Of a stretch of DNA of 56,047 bases, positions 24,561-37,805 are shown in pieces. Position 1 is the first letter of the stretch; every line of letters starts with the position of its first letter. A model generated the notes under the pieces. The model was given only the letters and a program-made list of their open reading frames with translations. It made no database searches and was not told the origin of the DNA. The position numbers and the translations under genes are program-made. The stretch is from NCBI RefSeq assembly GCF_001194135.2, contig NC_068985.1, forward strand, positions 125,691,102-125,747,148. Reading direction: 5' to 3'. The DNA comes from Octopus bimaculoides (Eukaryota).

Positions 24561-25002
24561 ATTGGTAGTTTAATAATTTTGATTATATCACCCAGTCTCA
24601 CCCTATAGCAAAATTAATGTCAAATTTAAGGACTAACCACATTTGAGAATATCAGAAGTCAGAACACTGATAAATATCGAAACCATAACTGACATTAATG
24701 AGATATATATGTAAATACGTCCCATTTAAAGATCGAATATTTGGAACTACTTGAACCATAAAGTCGAAATGGTCCAGCAACATATAATAGCGAGAGAGGA
24801 CAGTTAACTTTGCTTTTAGCAAACACGATGAAAATTAGGGAAATGCTTCAGCCTTATTATGCCTCTTCAGTGAAGCATAGTATCTATCGTAACAAGCTGA
24901 TCTGATTCGTGATGAGAAGAAATTACTATATACCTACACAGTAATGTACAGGAGTAGCTATTAATCGATACGTACATATACCTATACACACATATTTATA
25001 TA

Positions 25003-25338
25003 TGAATGGCTCAGTGGCTAGAGCGTCGGGCTCTCGATCATGAGGTAGTGAGTTTGATTTCCAGACAGGGCTGTGTGTTGTGTTCTTAAACAAGACACTT
25101 ATTTAACATTGCTCCAGTTCACTCAGTTGCAGAAACGAGTTGCGACGTCACTGGTGCCAAGCTAAATCGGCATTTGCCTTTTCCCTGGTTAAAATCGGTG
25201 GCGTGGAGAGGAGAGGTAGGGATGCATGGGTGACTGTTGGTCTTCTATAAACAACCTTGCTCAAACTTGTGCCTCGGAGCGGAACTTTCTAGGTGCAATC
25301 CCATGGTCATTCATGACCGAAGGGCTTTTTTTTACCCT
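25003..25338 (+). mobile_element. tRNA-CORE SINE, family D
   Basis: tggctcagtggctagagc (A box), gagtttgatttcc (B box), CORE aacaagacacttatttaacattgctccagttcactcag, and a distinct 3' body ending gtgcaatcccatggtcattcatgaccgaaggg. Confidence 0.8.
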
Positions 25339-25539
25339 ATATATATATATATATGTATTGCATATATGTATGTTCTTGTATTTGTATACATGTGTTCATG
25401 TATATCTCCGTTTGTGTACGACATAAGAAACCTATAGAAACAGAAATAAAAGGAGGGAAAGAATTCAGAGAATGAAGAAAAGAGAAAAAGAGAACAAGAA
25501 AATAAAAATCATTGAGGAAAAAGATATGTATTTGTTTCT

Positions 25540-25551
25540 GTGAGTGTGTGT

Positions 25552-25645
<94 letters not shown>
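25540..25645. repeat. (GT)n microsatellite, about 50 units
   Basis: Direct reading. Confidence 0.95.
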
Positions 25646-25648
<3 letters not shown>

Positions 25649-26177
25649 TCAAAAAGACCAAATTACCATTAATTTGACAAGTTTACAAGAGACCCTAATA
25701 ATCAACCGGTGGCTGTCAAAAGAAGATTAGTTTTCATAGCTCGTCTTTTTTTTCCCGGGGTTGTGATGAAGTGTGGTGGAGGGGACGCTCCAAATTGCAA
25801 ACAATTGTCTTGTAGATTGCTTATTGTAATACTGTCGTTAATCTTGTTATTATTGCTGTTGTTGTTACTATTGTTGCTGTTGTTTTTCTTCTTGTTGATG
25901 ATGATGATGATGATGACGATGTCAACAATGATGGCGTGGTTTTATACCTTCTCTTTTTCTTGTCTGATGGTGTATTATTTCTGTATATATTTTTGCATTA
26001 TGTAATTTTTTTTTTGTTTTGAAATTTTAGTCTTATTTTTGTTACCATTTCTCCACTGACTCCTCTTTTTCATTATCGCTGTCATCATCGTCATCACTAT
26101 CATCATGGTCATGATCATAATTATCATCGTTATAGTCGTATTCATTATCATCATAATCCTCCTCTTCACCATCACTA

Positions 26178-26241
<64 letters not shown>

Positions 26242-27405
26242 TATGTATATATACACACACATACACACACNNNNNNNNNNNNNNNNNNNNNNNNNNNNNN
26301 NNNNNNNNNNNNNNNNNNNNNNNNNNNNNNNNNNNNNNNNNNNNNNNNNNNNNNNNNNNNNNNNNNNNNNNNNNNNNNNNNNNNNNNNNNNNNNNNNNNN
26401 NNNNNNNNNNNNNNNNNNNNNNNNNNNNNNNNNNNNNNNNNNNNNNNNNNNNNNNNNNNNNNNNNNNNNNNNNNNNNNNNNNNNNNNNNNNNNNNNNNNN
26501 NNNNNNNNNNNNNNNNNNNNNNNNNNNNNNNNNNNNNNNNNNNNNNNNNNNNNNNNNNNNNNNNNNNNNNNNNNAGGAGGAGGAGGAGGAGGAGGACAAG
26601 TTATAGATACAGTGCGTCCAATGTTTTTAAAGAAGTTAAGGGTAATACCAATGGGATAATAGTACCAAAAGCTACGAACTTCTATAGTTTATATAACCTC
26701 CAGAGTTACGAACCTTCCAGTGACAGTGGTGGCGATGACGCTGATTGTTTCGTAGGTAGTTTAGCTGCAAACATAGCCGCGGTTCGGGTATTCACATTTA
26801 ATCTATTTATTTAACAATCTGACATTCTCTTTGTTTCCACCTTTCTCTCATCTTCATTTGCCTTTTCTTTCTTCTTTTTTGTCATCTGTATCTCTCCATC
26901 TCCAAATTTCATTCCGACTGTCCGTTTACTGCTATCTTTCTCACCTTCTATCAGTTCTGCTCACCATTGTTAATGATATCCTCATGTGACACCAGTAATT
27001 ACCCACCCACATTTATATAATTTAATACATTAGACCTGCCATTCCTTGATCTTTCTTGCAATGAGCTCATGTTTTATTTTATTAAATTCTATCTTCGTCT
27101 CACCGTAGTTCTGCACATGTCATTTCCATCTCACTGGGTAACTCGGGTAACGAACGACTTGATAATTCCAACCAATTTGTTGAGAGAAATACTTTCACGC
27201 CAAATTTATTTGGAATTAACTGCTAATTTTGTAATTGAAGATGTAGCTAGTTGGAAATTCTTTCCGTATTGCTTTGAGATGTAGTAATATGCAACACACA
27301 CCATATTGGAGCCCTTTTTACTCATGAATAACGCGCAGCTAAATCTTTCCCAGCCCATATAAATGCCTGACCTCACAATCTCTATATAACCTTCAACGTT
27401 CTTAG

Positions 27406-27532
27406 CGCTTAATCATGACGGGAAGTACAGTGCCTATGACCCGTTTGAGGACTACTGGAATTTATCTTCAACTGGAAACCTGGTCTTAATGCTTGCAGCA
27501 GAGTGGACGTCCGTAAACTACTTAAGGAGCAG
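27406..27532 (+). CDS. Candidate exon or decayed coding segment with an iGluR-S1-like motif
   Basis: ttcttag acceptor and CAG|GTTGTA donor; reads ALNHDGKYSAYDPFEDYWNLSSTGNLVLMLAAEWTSVNYLRS. Phase-compatible with 28030-28077 (RDINFTAATTVTDPRQ). The similarity is not beyond chance by rough estimate. Confidence 0.25.
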
Positions 27533-28607
27533 GTTGTATTATTAAACAGGATGGTTGTCATCGAATAAGACAGAATGAACATTAACTGGAAAATGTAACG
27601 CGAAACATCTCGTCCAACGATGTAACAATTCCACCAATTCGCTGCCTTGCAATGGTACTTTATTTTATTCCACCCTTTCCCGAAACGCAAAGATGACGCA
27701 GCGAAATTTGAGCTTGGAGTGCAGAGACTTAGAAAAAATATCGCAAATAAATTTGTACCATGTTCCAATAATTCTACCAGTTCACCATCTACAATTATAT
27801 AATGTAGACAAGGATCAAATGAAATAATTCCTCTACGAGACTAGCTAGGAATAAAGAAATTCACAGTAGCCATATTTTCTTCAACTAATAGCCTACCGAC
27901 CTTAAGGTTGGGATAATTACAACTGGAGTACGTTTTGATTGTAGGACTGCCTATCTACGACTCACCTTGTGCTAAGTAACAGCTGTTTCATGGGTAAATC
28001 TGCATCGAAATGAATAGTTTTCTCTTCAGGGACATAAACTTCACAGCAGCTACTACCGTTACTGATCCTAGGCAAATGTATGAGAACTACTCGTATATCT
28101 AGGGTCTGTGTTACCGCTATTTCTCAAGCAAATATTCTAAACCACAAACTCTGCCCCACAAAAGTTATCCAAATGATTGGTAAACAAACGTGTACGAATA
28201 CATAACAATCATAGCCCACATACAGCCTATATTCTGAACGATATAGTAAAGAAATCGCATTCAAATTTACATAAATGATACAATGGATAGTGTTGTCCTG
28301 TTTCTGAAAAACTGTCGGGTTAATGATCACTGAAGTACCTCTGATGAAAGATGAGCACGATCAGTGTTAATTTGGCACTAAACATTCTGACTTTTCAATG
28401 ATGTATATACTTCTTTAAGTACGTGTATACTTTGAGTATGATATATAGAGAAACATTTTACACAGTTTATCATCGGTGGAACATCGGAAGCTATATCTAT
28501 ACGGGGAGACAGAAATATAGTTGAAAATAGCGTTAGTGACCCCCAAGCCGGCGAAGGAGATCAATAAATCGCAATCGCTTTATCTGCAAGAAATAATAGC
28601 CAAATCT

Positions 28608-28634
28608 CTTTCTGTCTGTCTTTCTTTCTTTCTG

Positions 28635-28665
<31 letters not shown>

Positions 28666-28750
28666 CTCTTTCTTTCTTTCTTTCTTTCTTTCTCTCTTTC
28701 TTTCTTTCTTTCTTTCTTTCTCCATTTCCTCTCTTTCTCTCTTTCTCTCA
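28608..28750. repeat. (TTTC)n microsatellite
   Basis: Direct reading. Confidence 0.95.
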
Positions 28751-29025
28751 ACCAAAACCGTGTCAATTTAAAAACAAAAATGACAGGAAAAATACATGTA
28801 AAGTAGATCCTTCCTACTTTCNNNNNNNNNNNNNNNNNNNNNNNNNNNNNNNNNNNNNNNNNNNNNNNNNNNNNNNNNNNNNNNNNNNNNNNNNNNNNNN
28901 NNNNNNNNNNNNNNNNNNNNNNNNNNNNNNNNNNNNNNNNNNNNNNNNNNNNNNNNNNNNNNNNNNNNNNNNNNNNNNNNNNNNNNNNNNNNNNNNNNNN
29001 NNNNNNNNNNNNNNNNNNNNNNNNN

Positions 29026-29090
<65 letters not shown>

Positions 29091-30060
29091 GCGAACACGC
29101 ATATATATATTGCTAGTCTTAGAGATTTTAGAACTAGTTATTTTACTCGTTACGAGATCAGCGGCTGTCTGCCGCTTCTCTGTTTATATATTGTGAGTGG
29201 GGACGATTGACTGTCATCTCTAGCAAGCAGGGCTCGAGCACCGATGAAGAGTAAAGACCAAGAAATCATGGTCTACTTGTCTTTCTAAGATGGAGGGGAG
29301 TGATTTGCTCTCTTATTCACTATATATCGGACACAGGGTGTGTGACGCTAGCCAGCTGGAAAAGACGTTTAAATACAATAACATAGTTCTTTATAGAACA
29401 CCCATGTTATAGTGTCAAGAAATATATATATATATATATATACATATGTATGCATGTATGTATGTATATATGCATGTATGTATAAGTGTGTGCGCGTATG
29501 TGTGTTTGTGGTGTGTGTGTGTATGTGACCTCGCCAAAGAAACGATGTGAGATAAACTTCAAAATCTTTTAAATCTTTTATATCTCCTTAATCCAGGGCT
29601 CTATTTATTTGAAGGGTCCTAATCCACCAATCCCTAATGATACAAAAAAAATTGGCATTTTCCCATACCTCACCCACATAACAATCAGCAACTGGGATTT
29701 AAAGAAACTAAAATATAAAGGAATAAAAAAAGATCAAAAAAGACGGAAAACATATATATATATATGAGAATAACCCTGGACATTCCTGCCATATTTTTCC
29801 CGACAAATTTTCTTCTGTATATTTCAGGATTTGCTTTTCATTTTTGATNNNNNNNNNNNNNNNNNNNNNNNNNNNNNNNNNNNNNNNNNNNNNNNNNNNN
29901 NNNNNNNNNNNNNNNNNNNNNNNNNNNNNNNNNNNNNNNNNNNNNNNNNNNNNNNNNNNNNNNNNNNNNNNNNNNNNNNNNNNNTATATATATGAGAACA
30001 ATTCGGTTTTAGTAGACACATTACATGTGATCTTCTAGCACATTAACAGTCCTAGTGGTC

Positions 30061-30097
<37 letters not shown>

Positions 30098-31319
30098 CTT
30101 TTACATAATACCTGCATGTATATGTATGTGTGTATGTGTGTGTGTGTATATATGTACATATGTATATATGCATGTATGCATACATGTAAATGCATATATG
30201 TATGTGTGTGAACATACATACGAATATGCAAGTATGTATGTATGTATGTAAGTAAGTATGTACGTATGTATGTATGTATGTATGCATGTATGTATAAATC
30301 TCTGTTGATTCAGCAGGAGCGTTAAATTACAGAACTCAATAAGAATGTAGAGTATTCTTTTAACACATGATAACTGAAAGGTTCCAATTTCCATTATTTA
30401 GAATTGCTCGTTTCCGGTAACCGCCTGGCTAAGTCAATAATATACAGTGCGAAGGTTGAATCAAACATGTATTGGGGTACCGGAATTCTCATTCAAAAGC
30501 CGTTATTACAAGCAAATATTCATTGTGGAAGGTTATATTGTTGTATTGCACATAATGCATAACCTAACAGGAACGGGATTCAAATTGACAATATGTTATG
30601 ACCTTTGCTTGGGTGAAAAACTGAGAATATTTACTCAAGCTATCGATAGTTTGAACAAAAGAAATTACCTGTTAACGTTTTGTATTCATGCGGGTAAGTA
30701 TTTTCTAAGAAAATACATGCCTCCTCGAATTTCGTTGTGGATCTGAAATTTAAAAAATGTTTAATTAATAAGCTGAATTGATATGTTTCTGTGCGTGTGT
30801 GTATGTGTGAGAGATACAAGCACATGCAAAATGAACACCCGCATACACACTCTTATTAAATTAATTAAAAGTATTAATTAAAGACATTACTTAAAAGTAT
30901 TATTTTGGAACATTGCTTAAACAGCAACGTAATTTCTTGACTTCGATTGTATGGAGTATGTGACGTTTATAATAATATTACCACGTGAACTAAAAATGAA
31001 ATCAGGAGCATGAGCTGGAAGTGGCCGTTTCTCGCAGGTGTCGTTCACAAAGGTTTTTTAACGGAAGAACATAAGGATAAGCCTTTCCTTCAGATTTTCA
31101 TTTTATATTTCAAAGAATACTCAGACAGATCATGCTCAAAAGTAAACCAGTTTCGGTTTACCAGCTGATGATCGGAAACGAGCAACTCTGAGTTTTCTAT
31201 ATGCTACCTTCTCAGTTTTTTTTTTTCGCGTTTCTTCTATTATTCAATGTTTTAGTTCGTTATGATATGTGGTTTGTGCCTGAAGAATATGTCTGAGTAT
31301 TTCTCAGAATATGAAAGTA

Positions 31320-31820
31320 TTTTTTTTTTTTTTTTTTTATTGTTTCAGTCATTTGACTGTCGCCATGCTGGAGCACCGCCTTTGGTCAAGCAAATCGACC
31401 CCAGGACTTATTCTTTGTAAGCCTAGTAATTATTCTATCGGTGTTTTTTGCCGAACCGCTAGGTTACGGGGACGTAAACACACCACCATCGGTTGTCAAG
31501 TGATGTTGGGGGGACAAACACAGACACACAAACATATACACACACACACATATNNNNNNNNNNNNNNNNNNNNNNNNNNNNNNNNNNNNNNNNNNNNNNN
31601 NNNNNNNNNNNNNNNNNNNNNNNNNNNNNNNATATATATATATATACATACATACGACGGGCTTCTTTCAGTTTCCGTATACCAAATCCACTCACAAGGC
31701 TTTGATCGGCACGAGGCTATAGTAGAAGTCACTTGCCCAACAAGGTGCCACGCAGTGGGGCTGAACCCGGAACCATGCGGTTTGTAAGCAAGCTACTTAC
31801 CACACAGCCACTCCTACGCC
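31320..31820 (-). mobile_element. Family A SINE, full length and young, with poly(A) tail
   Basis: T run at 31320-31338 (tail), 3' half, internal microsatellite and gap, CORE, and head ending ...ctcctacgcc. Confidence 0.92.
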
Positions 31821-31908
31821 TATTAGTAACACTTAAAGACATGTATTGTGCTCTTTAAATATGTATACATATTCGTGGTGCCAAAGATTCTGCCAGCTGA
31901 CTACTTAG

Positions 31909-32497
31909 ATAATAATCCTTTCTATTATATTCAGAAGGCCTGAAATTTGAGGGGAGCAGTAAGTCGGTTACATCGACCCCAGTACTCAATTGGTGCTGAA
32001 TTTATCGACTCCGAAAAAATGAAAGGCAAAGTCGACGTTTAATAATAATAACAATGAACCTTTCTACTATATTCACAAGGCCTGAAATTTCGGGGTAGGA
32101 GTAAGTCGATTAGATCGACTCAGTACGCAACTGATACTTAATTTATATACCACGTAAAGATGAAAGGTAAAGTCGACCTTGGCGAGAATGTAAAAACAGG
32201 CGAGAAACCGCTAAGCACTTCGACCAGCGTGCTAACAATTTTACTTGCTCACCGCCTTAATTTATATTAATAATGATGATAATTCTTTCTACTATAGGCA
32301 CAAAGCCTGAAATTTGGTGGGAGGGGACCAGTCGATTAGATCAACCCAGTACACAACTGGTATTTAATTTATCAACCCCGAAAGGATAAAAGGCAAATTC
32401 GACTTCGGTGGAATGTGAACTCAGAACGTAGCGACGGGCGAAATACCGCTAAGCATTTCGTCCGGCGCGCTAACGAATCTGCCAGCTCGTCGCCTTA
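31909..32497 (-). mobile_element. Three tandem head-to-tail family B SINEs
   Basis: Copies at about 31909-32037 (5'-truncated), 32038-32260 and 32265-32497, each with the ctttcta(c/t)tat...gcctgaaattt tail and separated by (TAA)-like tracts. Confidence 0.9.
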
Positions 32498-32503
32498 TTC
32501 TTC

Positions 32504-32541
<38 letters not shown>

Positions 32542-34929
32542 NNNNNNNNNNNNNNNNNNNNNNNNNNNNNNNNNNNNNNNNNNNNNNNNNNNNNNNNNNN
32601 NNNNNNNNNNNNNNNNNNNNNNNNNNNNNNNNNNNNNNNNNNNNNNNNNNNNNNNNNNNNNNNNNNNNNNNNNNNNNNNNNNNNNNNNNNNNNNNNNNNN
32701 NNNNNNNNNNNNNNNNNNNNNNNNNNNNNNNNNNNNNNNNNNNNNNNNNNNNNNNNNNNNNNNNNNNNNNNNNNNNNNNNNNNNNNNNNNNNNNNNNNNN
32801 NNNNNNNNNNNNNNNNNNNNNNNNNNNNNNNNNNNNNNNNNNNNNNNNNNNNNNNNNNNNNNNNNNNNNNNNNNNNNNNNNNNNNNNNNNNNNNNNNNNN
32901 NNNNNNNNNNNNNNNNNNNNNNNNNNNNNNNNNNNNNNNNNNNNNNNNNNNNNNNNNNNNNNAGAAGAAGAAGGAGCAGGAGGAGGAGGTGCAGGAGAAG
33001 GAGAAGAAGAAGAAGAAGAAGAAGAAGAAGAAGAAGAAGAAGAAAAAGAGGTAGTATGGGAGGATTAAGGTTGAGTAAAATGATGGAAGACCCCGAATGC
33101 GTTTTCGCTTTATCTTTAAACACTGCTTGTCAGTTGGATGACCTTTGCTGACTTGACTTATTAACTACAAATCACCACTCACCTTACTCCCTTAGACCCT
33201 AACCGCCAAACACTATACCCCTATCCTCGCTGAACCCTCTAAGCCTACTTTTAATCGCCACCTCTTACACACAACATAATTATTACACATAGCTCTCTCA
33301 CTCGCCGTCCCAGAATCTTTCTTCGTATCTTCAACCCAATCCCTCCTTTTTCTCTCACACAAATCCTACATACGCTCGCGCGCGCACATATATATTAACG
33401 CCATTATTGAACCTCTTAATAGTCACCTCGTATTCCGTTGCACACAAAGGTTTACTTTCACTAACACTAGTCCTCTCACTCAGCGACACTGAATCTTCTT
33501 TCACTCAACGAACCAACTCCCACCTTTACCCACACACCTCTACTACACTCCCCCACTAAACTCTATCCCACACCCAATCTTTTTTATCACTCCACCTCTC
33601 ACATTACTCTTGTTACAAACCAAACTTACCAATTGTTCTTCTCCTCACACCCACACCACTCGTTTCGAAAGTAGTATTTCAATGTGTTATCTAAGACCTA
33701 ATGAACGTAGTCAAGGGGTGAGAAAGTGTGTGCTTGTGTTCATATATGTGCACATGTTTGCGGTTGTGTGTCTACGTGCGTATCATGTGAACATCCATGC
33801 ATGCCAGTATCTTTTATCTTTGTAGTCAGGAGAAAAAAAAGCACCGTCCATGACCCTTCAAACGACCTCTAGTGGGAGGAAGTGAAACGGTCTCTTCAAA
33901 TTGAAAATCTGACCTGAATGATTGCAACAGATTGGACTTCACTAAAAGTACCCAAAGTGTCAGGTGGTGATATCAAACCGGGACATGGATTAAGTCTACC
34001 ACTCATACTGCAAGTGAGTTTGCGTTTGTATTTGGCAATGTGAGCGTATGTCTTTCTCGTATGTTGTTGTAGTCGCTGTTTACCTCCCGATGAGTATTCA
34101 AACCTATGGTAAAAAGGCGTTTCGGCATTGATTAATTTGCTCTTTTACCAAAGGATAAGGCAGCGACGATATCATTACCCAATGTTTTGCCGTTTCTACG
34201 ACGGCAAAGTGTGATTTAAAGAAAATTTGTCAGTTATTTCTAGCAAGCCGAACGGCGACGCAGAGATTGCACCTTTGATTACATGTATGCGCGCAAGCGT
34301 ATTCATTACTGAATGGTTAAGGATCTCAATTCCAAAGCATGAGATCCGATGTTCGATTTTTCTACACGCTATCTTTGCCAGGCGACTTTTACCATGAATT
34401 TTGGTTAACCCACACCTCATTAAGAAAGTTGAGTGGACAGAAATAGTTTGGAAGCTCGTTAGATGGACAAGTAATTTAACGGATGAAAGGATGTATTTAT
34501 CACGTCGTGTGACAACGTTTCCACTAGTGAATTACAGGAAAAGTATACCTGGTTTTGAAATACTCAACCAAGTATAAAATAATTCAAAGAGTAATTAGTA
34601 CGGTATGTATGTAATTGTCATAGGTAATTATTCCTTTTTAAATTAACAAACAGTTTTGGCCTCGCTTTGAAATTAAAGAGGTACATCAAAAGCATTAATC
34701 TCTTCGGGCAGAAAAAAAAATACCTAATCTGGTTAGTTTGCAAACGTCATCAGTGAAAGAATGTTCCTCTTCTGTCCTCAACGGTATTAATAGTTTTAAA
34801 TTATTTATAAAATACAACATATACAAACCCAGCTACCGCAAACTAGTCAGTTTGGTAATTCAATTTCGCATAGCAGCACATGTGCTGAGGACGTAGTTAA
34901 TTAATCCATTGTGAACAACACGGCGGCCT

Positions 34930-35069
34930 TAAGCAAATCTGTAATACTGAGCAGAATATTTGCTGTAGCGCATCTTTTATACCAAGTCAAAACAATGTAC
35001 ATGATAACACTTCCAGTCAGTTAAGATCAAACGCCATGAGAACCACTGCCTGGTACAGCATCAGGGCAT
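34930..35069. mobile_element. Truncated copy of the (TTA)n-flanked element at 38115-38621
   Basis: gcaaatctgt..tgagcagaatatttgctg...cagttaagatcaaa..catgagaac..ctg.ctggtac..catcagggcat aligns with 38487-38621. Confidence 0.85.
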
Positions 35070-35084
35070 AAGGTCATATTATTG

Positions 35085-35337
35085 CTATTATTATTATTAT
35101 TCAGTAGTTTTATTTTTATAACGTGCTTTCACTTCACTACCGAGCGCAGCTCTGTGCGCCTTGGGTATGTGCTGTGGTTTGCTGTGGTGCTCTTATATTT
35201 ACTGTATTGAAAGTGTTTTGCGTAGAATGTGTGCAGTACCCAGTAGTGCAATTTTCTGTATGTTATATATATTTGTAAGTCCTGGTGTTTTTGTTATGTA
35301 TTTGTCTGAATATTTGTTTATTATACCTAAGGCACCT
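35085..35337 (-). pseudogene. R4/Dong-clade non-LTR retrotransposon, 3' end
   Basis: The minus frame gives GALGIINKYSDKYITKTPGLTNIYNIQKIALLGTAHILRKTLSIQ*, the typical RLE C-terminus (GALG...QK.ALLGTAHILRK), then a short 3' UTR and a (TAA)n tail. Confidence 0.85.
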
Positions 35338-36019
35338 NNNNNNNNNNNNNNNNNNNNNNNNNNNNNNNNNNNNNNNNNNNNNNNNNNNNNNNNNNNNNNN
35401 NNNNNNNNNNNNNNNNNNNNNNNNNNNNNNNNNNNNNNNNNNNNNNNNNNNNNNNNNNNNNNNNNNNNNNNNNNNNNNNNNNNNNNNNNNNNNNNNNNNN
35501 NNNNNNNNNNNNNNNNNNNNNNNNNNNNNNNNNNNNNNNNNNNNNNNNNNNNNNNNNNNNNNNNNNNNNNNNNNNNNNNNNNNNNNNNNNNNNNNNNNNN
35601 NNNNNNNNNNNNNNNNNNNNNNNNNNNNNNNNNNNNNNNNNNNNNNNNNNNNNNNNNNNNNNNNNNNNNNNNNNNNNNNNNNNNNNNNNNNNNNNNNNNN
35701 NNNNNNNNNNNNNNNNNNNNNNNNNNNNNNNNNNNNNNNNNNNNNNNNNNNNNNNNNNNNNNNNNNNNNNNNNNNNNNNNNNNNNNNNNNNNNNNNNNNN
35801 NNNNNNNNNNNNNNNNNNNNNNNNNNNNNNNNNNNNNNNNNNNNNNNNNNNNNNNNNNNNNNNNNNNNNNNNNNNNNNNNNNNNNNNNNNATGATTGGAT
35901 ACATTTCTGCGTGTGTGTGCCAGTGTGTACGCGCGTGTGTATTTGGCTGTATGTGGTGTGATTGTGAGTATATTTATCTTTATCTTTATATGTATATGTA
36001 TATATATATGCATGTATCT

Positions 36020-36073
<54 letters not shown>

Positions 36074-37805
36074 GTTGACTCCCTAAACAGGATGATCAAT
36101 CCTCAGTACTGACCAACAGCTGTATCACCTGACGTTTGACAGACATGTCATTTCCCAAGTTGTCAAGACAAGGCATTGAGCGGGCAGCTGGTTTTGACGG
36201 TGTTAGTGGTTGTACTGGAAGCGACATTAATGGGTTGTAATGGTGGATGTGAAATAAATGGGGATGGTGGTAGTTTTGTAGTTTTTAGTCTCTTACTTGT
36301 TGTTGTTGTTGGTAGTGGTGGTGGTGGTCGTCGTCGTGGCGTTGGTTGTGCTGATGAAAATGATTATAATAGACATTGCTGTTTTTTTTTTGTTTAGCTA
36401 GAGGTCAACTCTCATATGATAGAAGTCTGCTCAAATGTGCTCTAACAGTGACCTGCCCACTCTGTTATACTTTCAGTTTATCTAAGGCTACGCTTTCTCC
36501 ATTTCTTTTGACGGTGTGACATGAAATAAATTTAGCTGCTGTTTCTAGCATGTCGTGCAACGGTATAGAATCTCCTTACTTGAACGTGAATGCGTTTCTG
36601 TTGTCGTTGTTGTTGTTGTTGTTATTTTAGATAACGTGTCAAATTTGGTCAGCCAGACCTATGATGGAAAGCGTTTCAGACGTAAACATTCCGCCTTATA
36701 TATCTGAGACTACATAGCCCATTGTCTCCTTTCTCTTTTGAAGACAGCGGGATAGAATTTGCGGTGGAGGAATGTCACTGCTGTTTTAGGAGGTCAGGTG
36801 ACCACAAGAGCTCCTTCGATATATCATTATTATGATATTGATCATGTGGGCGTTAGGATTAGATGTTCTGTTATTCATGATGATGAGGTTGATGATGAAG
36901 ATGATGATGGTTATGGCTGTGGTGGTGGTGGCGCTGCTGCTGCTGTTTGTAGTGGTTTTCCTAATGTTTCCTGCTGCTGAGTGTTTTCATGAATGTCACG
37001 ATGGTGATGTACTTGAAGTGAAAACGATGACGTTGGTGACAATTGTAAATACATTGATGTTAAAATTGAAGTTGAGACTGTACAGAGCCAGCTTAACATT
37101 AAATAACATTTGGCACATGCTTAAGGCACCAAGGAAAGTGGGAACTCAATAGTCGAATTTTTTTGTTTTGTTTCGTTTTTCACCCTGTACTATGAAAAAT
37201 TGAATATGATAATAATTTATAAAAGACAAAAAATTCATTGAAAAAGGTGTTGACAATTTGCATTTCGTCAAATTGTCGTATAATTTGCTTACTGAATTAT
37301 ATTTGATACAGTTGGGAGTTTTGATCCGAATAGAGGCAACAAAAAAATGAGTATTAATTCTAGTATTTTACATTCATCACTGATATTTTAATGTCTTATT
37401 AGTCAGAAATTAGAAGGTCGAACATGGTACTACCATTATATCAACTAATAGCCTTGGCTGTTAGTTGACATAAATCAAGCCCTGATGTTGTTGTTAGTAA
37501 TTCTTATTGCATTGTTTAATTGTGCTGTTTGTGTTCTTGTTTATTCGAGTGACAGTTCCGATTGTGTAGATCAAATATTAATACATACATGTACGTATAT
37601 CATTATTTAGTTTTATTTCAAGATTTCTTGACAGATAAAGAGGCGGCTTCTAACCGAGATCCAAGGTTCCTTCATTGGAATTTCAACAACTTCAATGGGA
37701 TATGTATGTATGTATGTATGTATGCATGCATGCATGCATGAATATATGTATGTATATGTGTAGATTTGTATGCTTTGTTTTATGTAAGTCTTCTCACACA
37801 TATAG

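Noticed and set aside
27409-27768. 119-aa minus-strand ORF, the longest outside repeats
   Set aside because: No recognisable domain or splice signals; within what chance can give.
30447-30746. 99-aa ORF with EGYIVVL...GFKLTICYD, resembling iGluR EGYCVDL...KLTIVGD
   Set aside because: About 11 of 26 identities with a gap is expected by chance at this search size; the DGKYG and WNG motifs are absent.
31160-31200. ctgatgatcggaaac
   Set aside because: Only 3 nt lie between the core halves, too few for stem II, and there are no stems I or III.
33918-34019. Possible exon MIATDWTSLKVPK...LILQ with a GTGAGT donor
   Set aside because: The acceptor lacks a pyrimidine tract and there is no homology; a donor alone is common by chance.
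34200-34400. DGK...DAEIAPLITCMRASV, resembling iGluR ADIAIAPLTIT..R
   Set aside because: It has an in-frame stop and motif spacings short by several residues; finding several such hits shows how easily they arise by chance.
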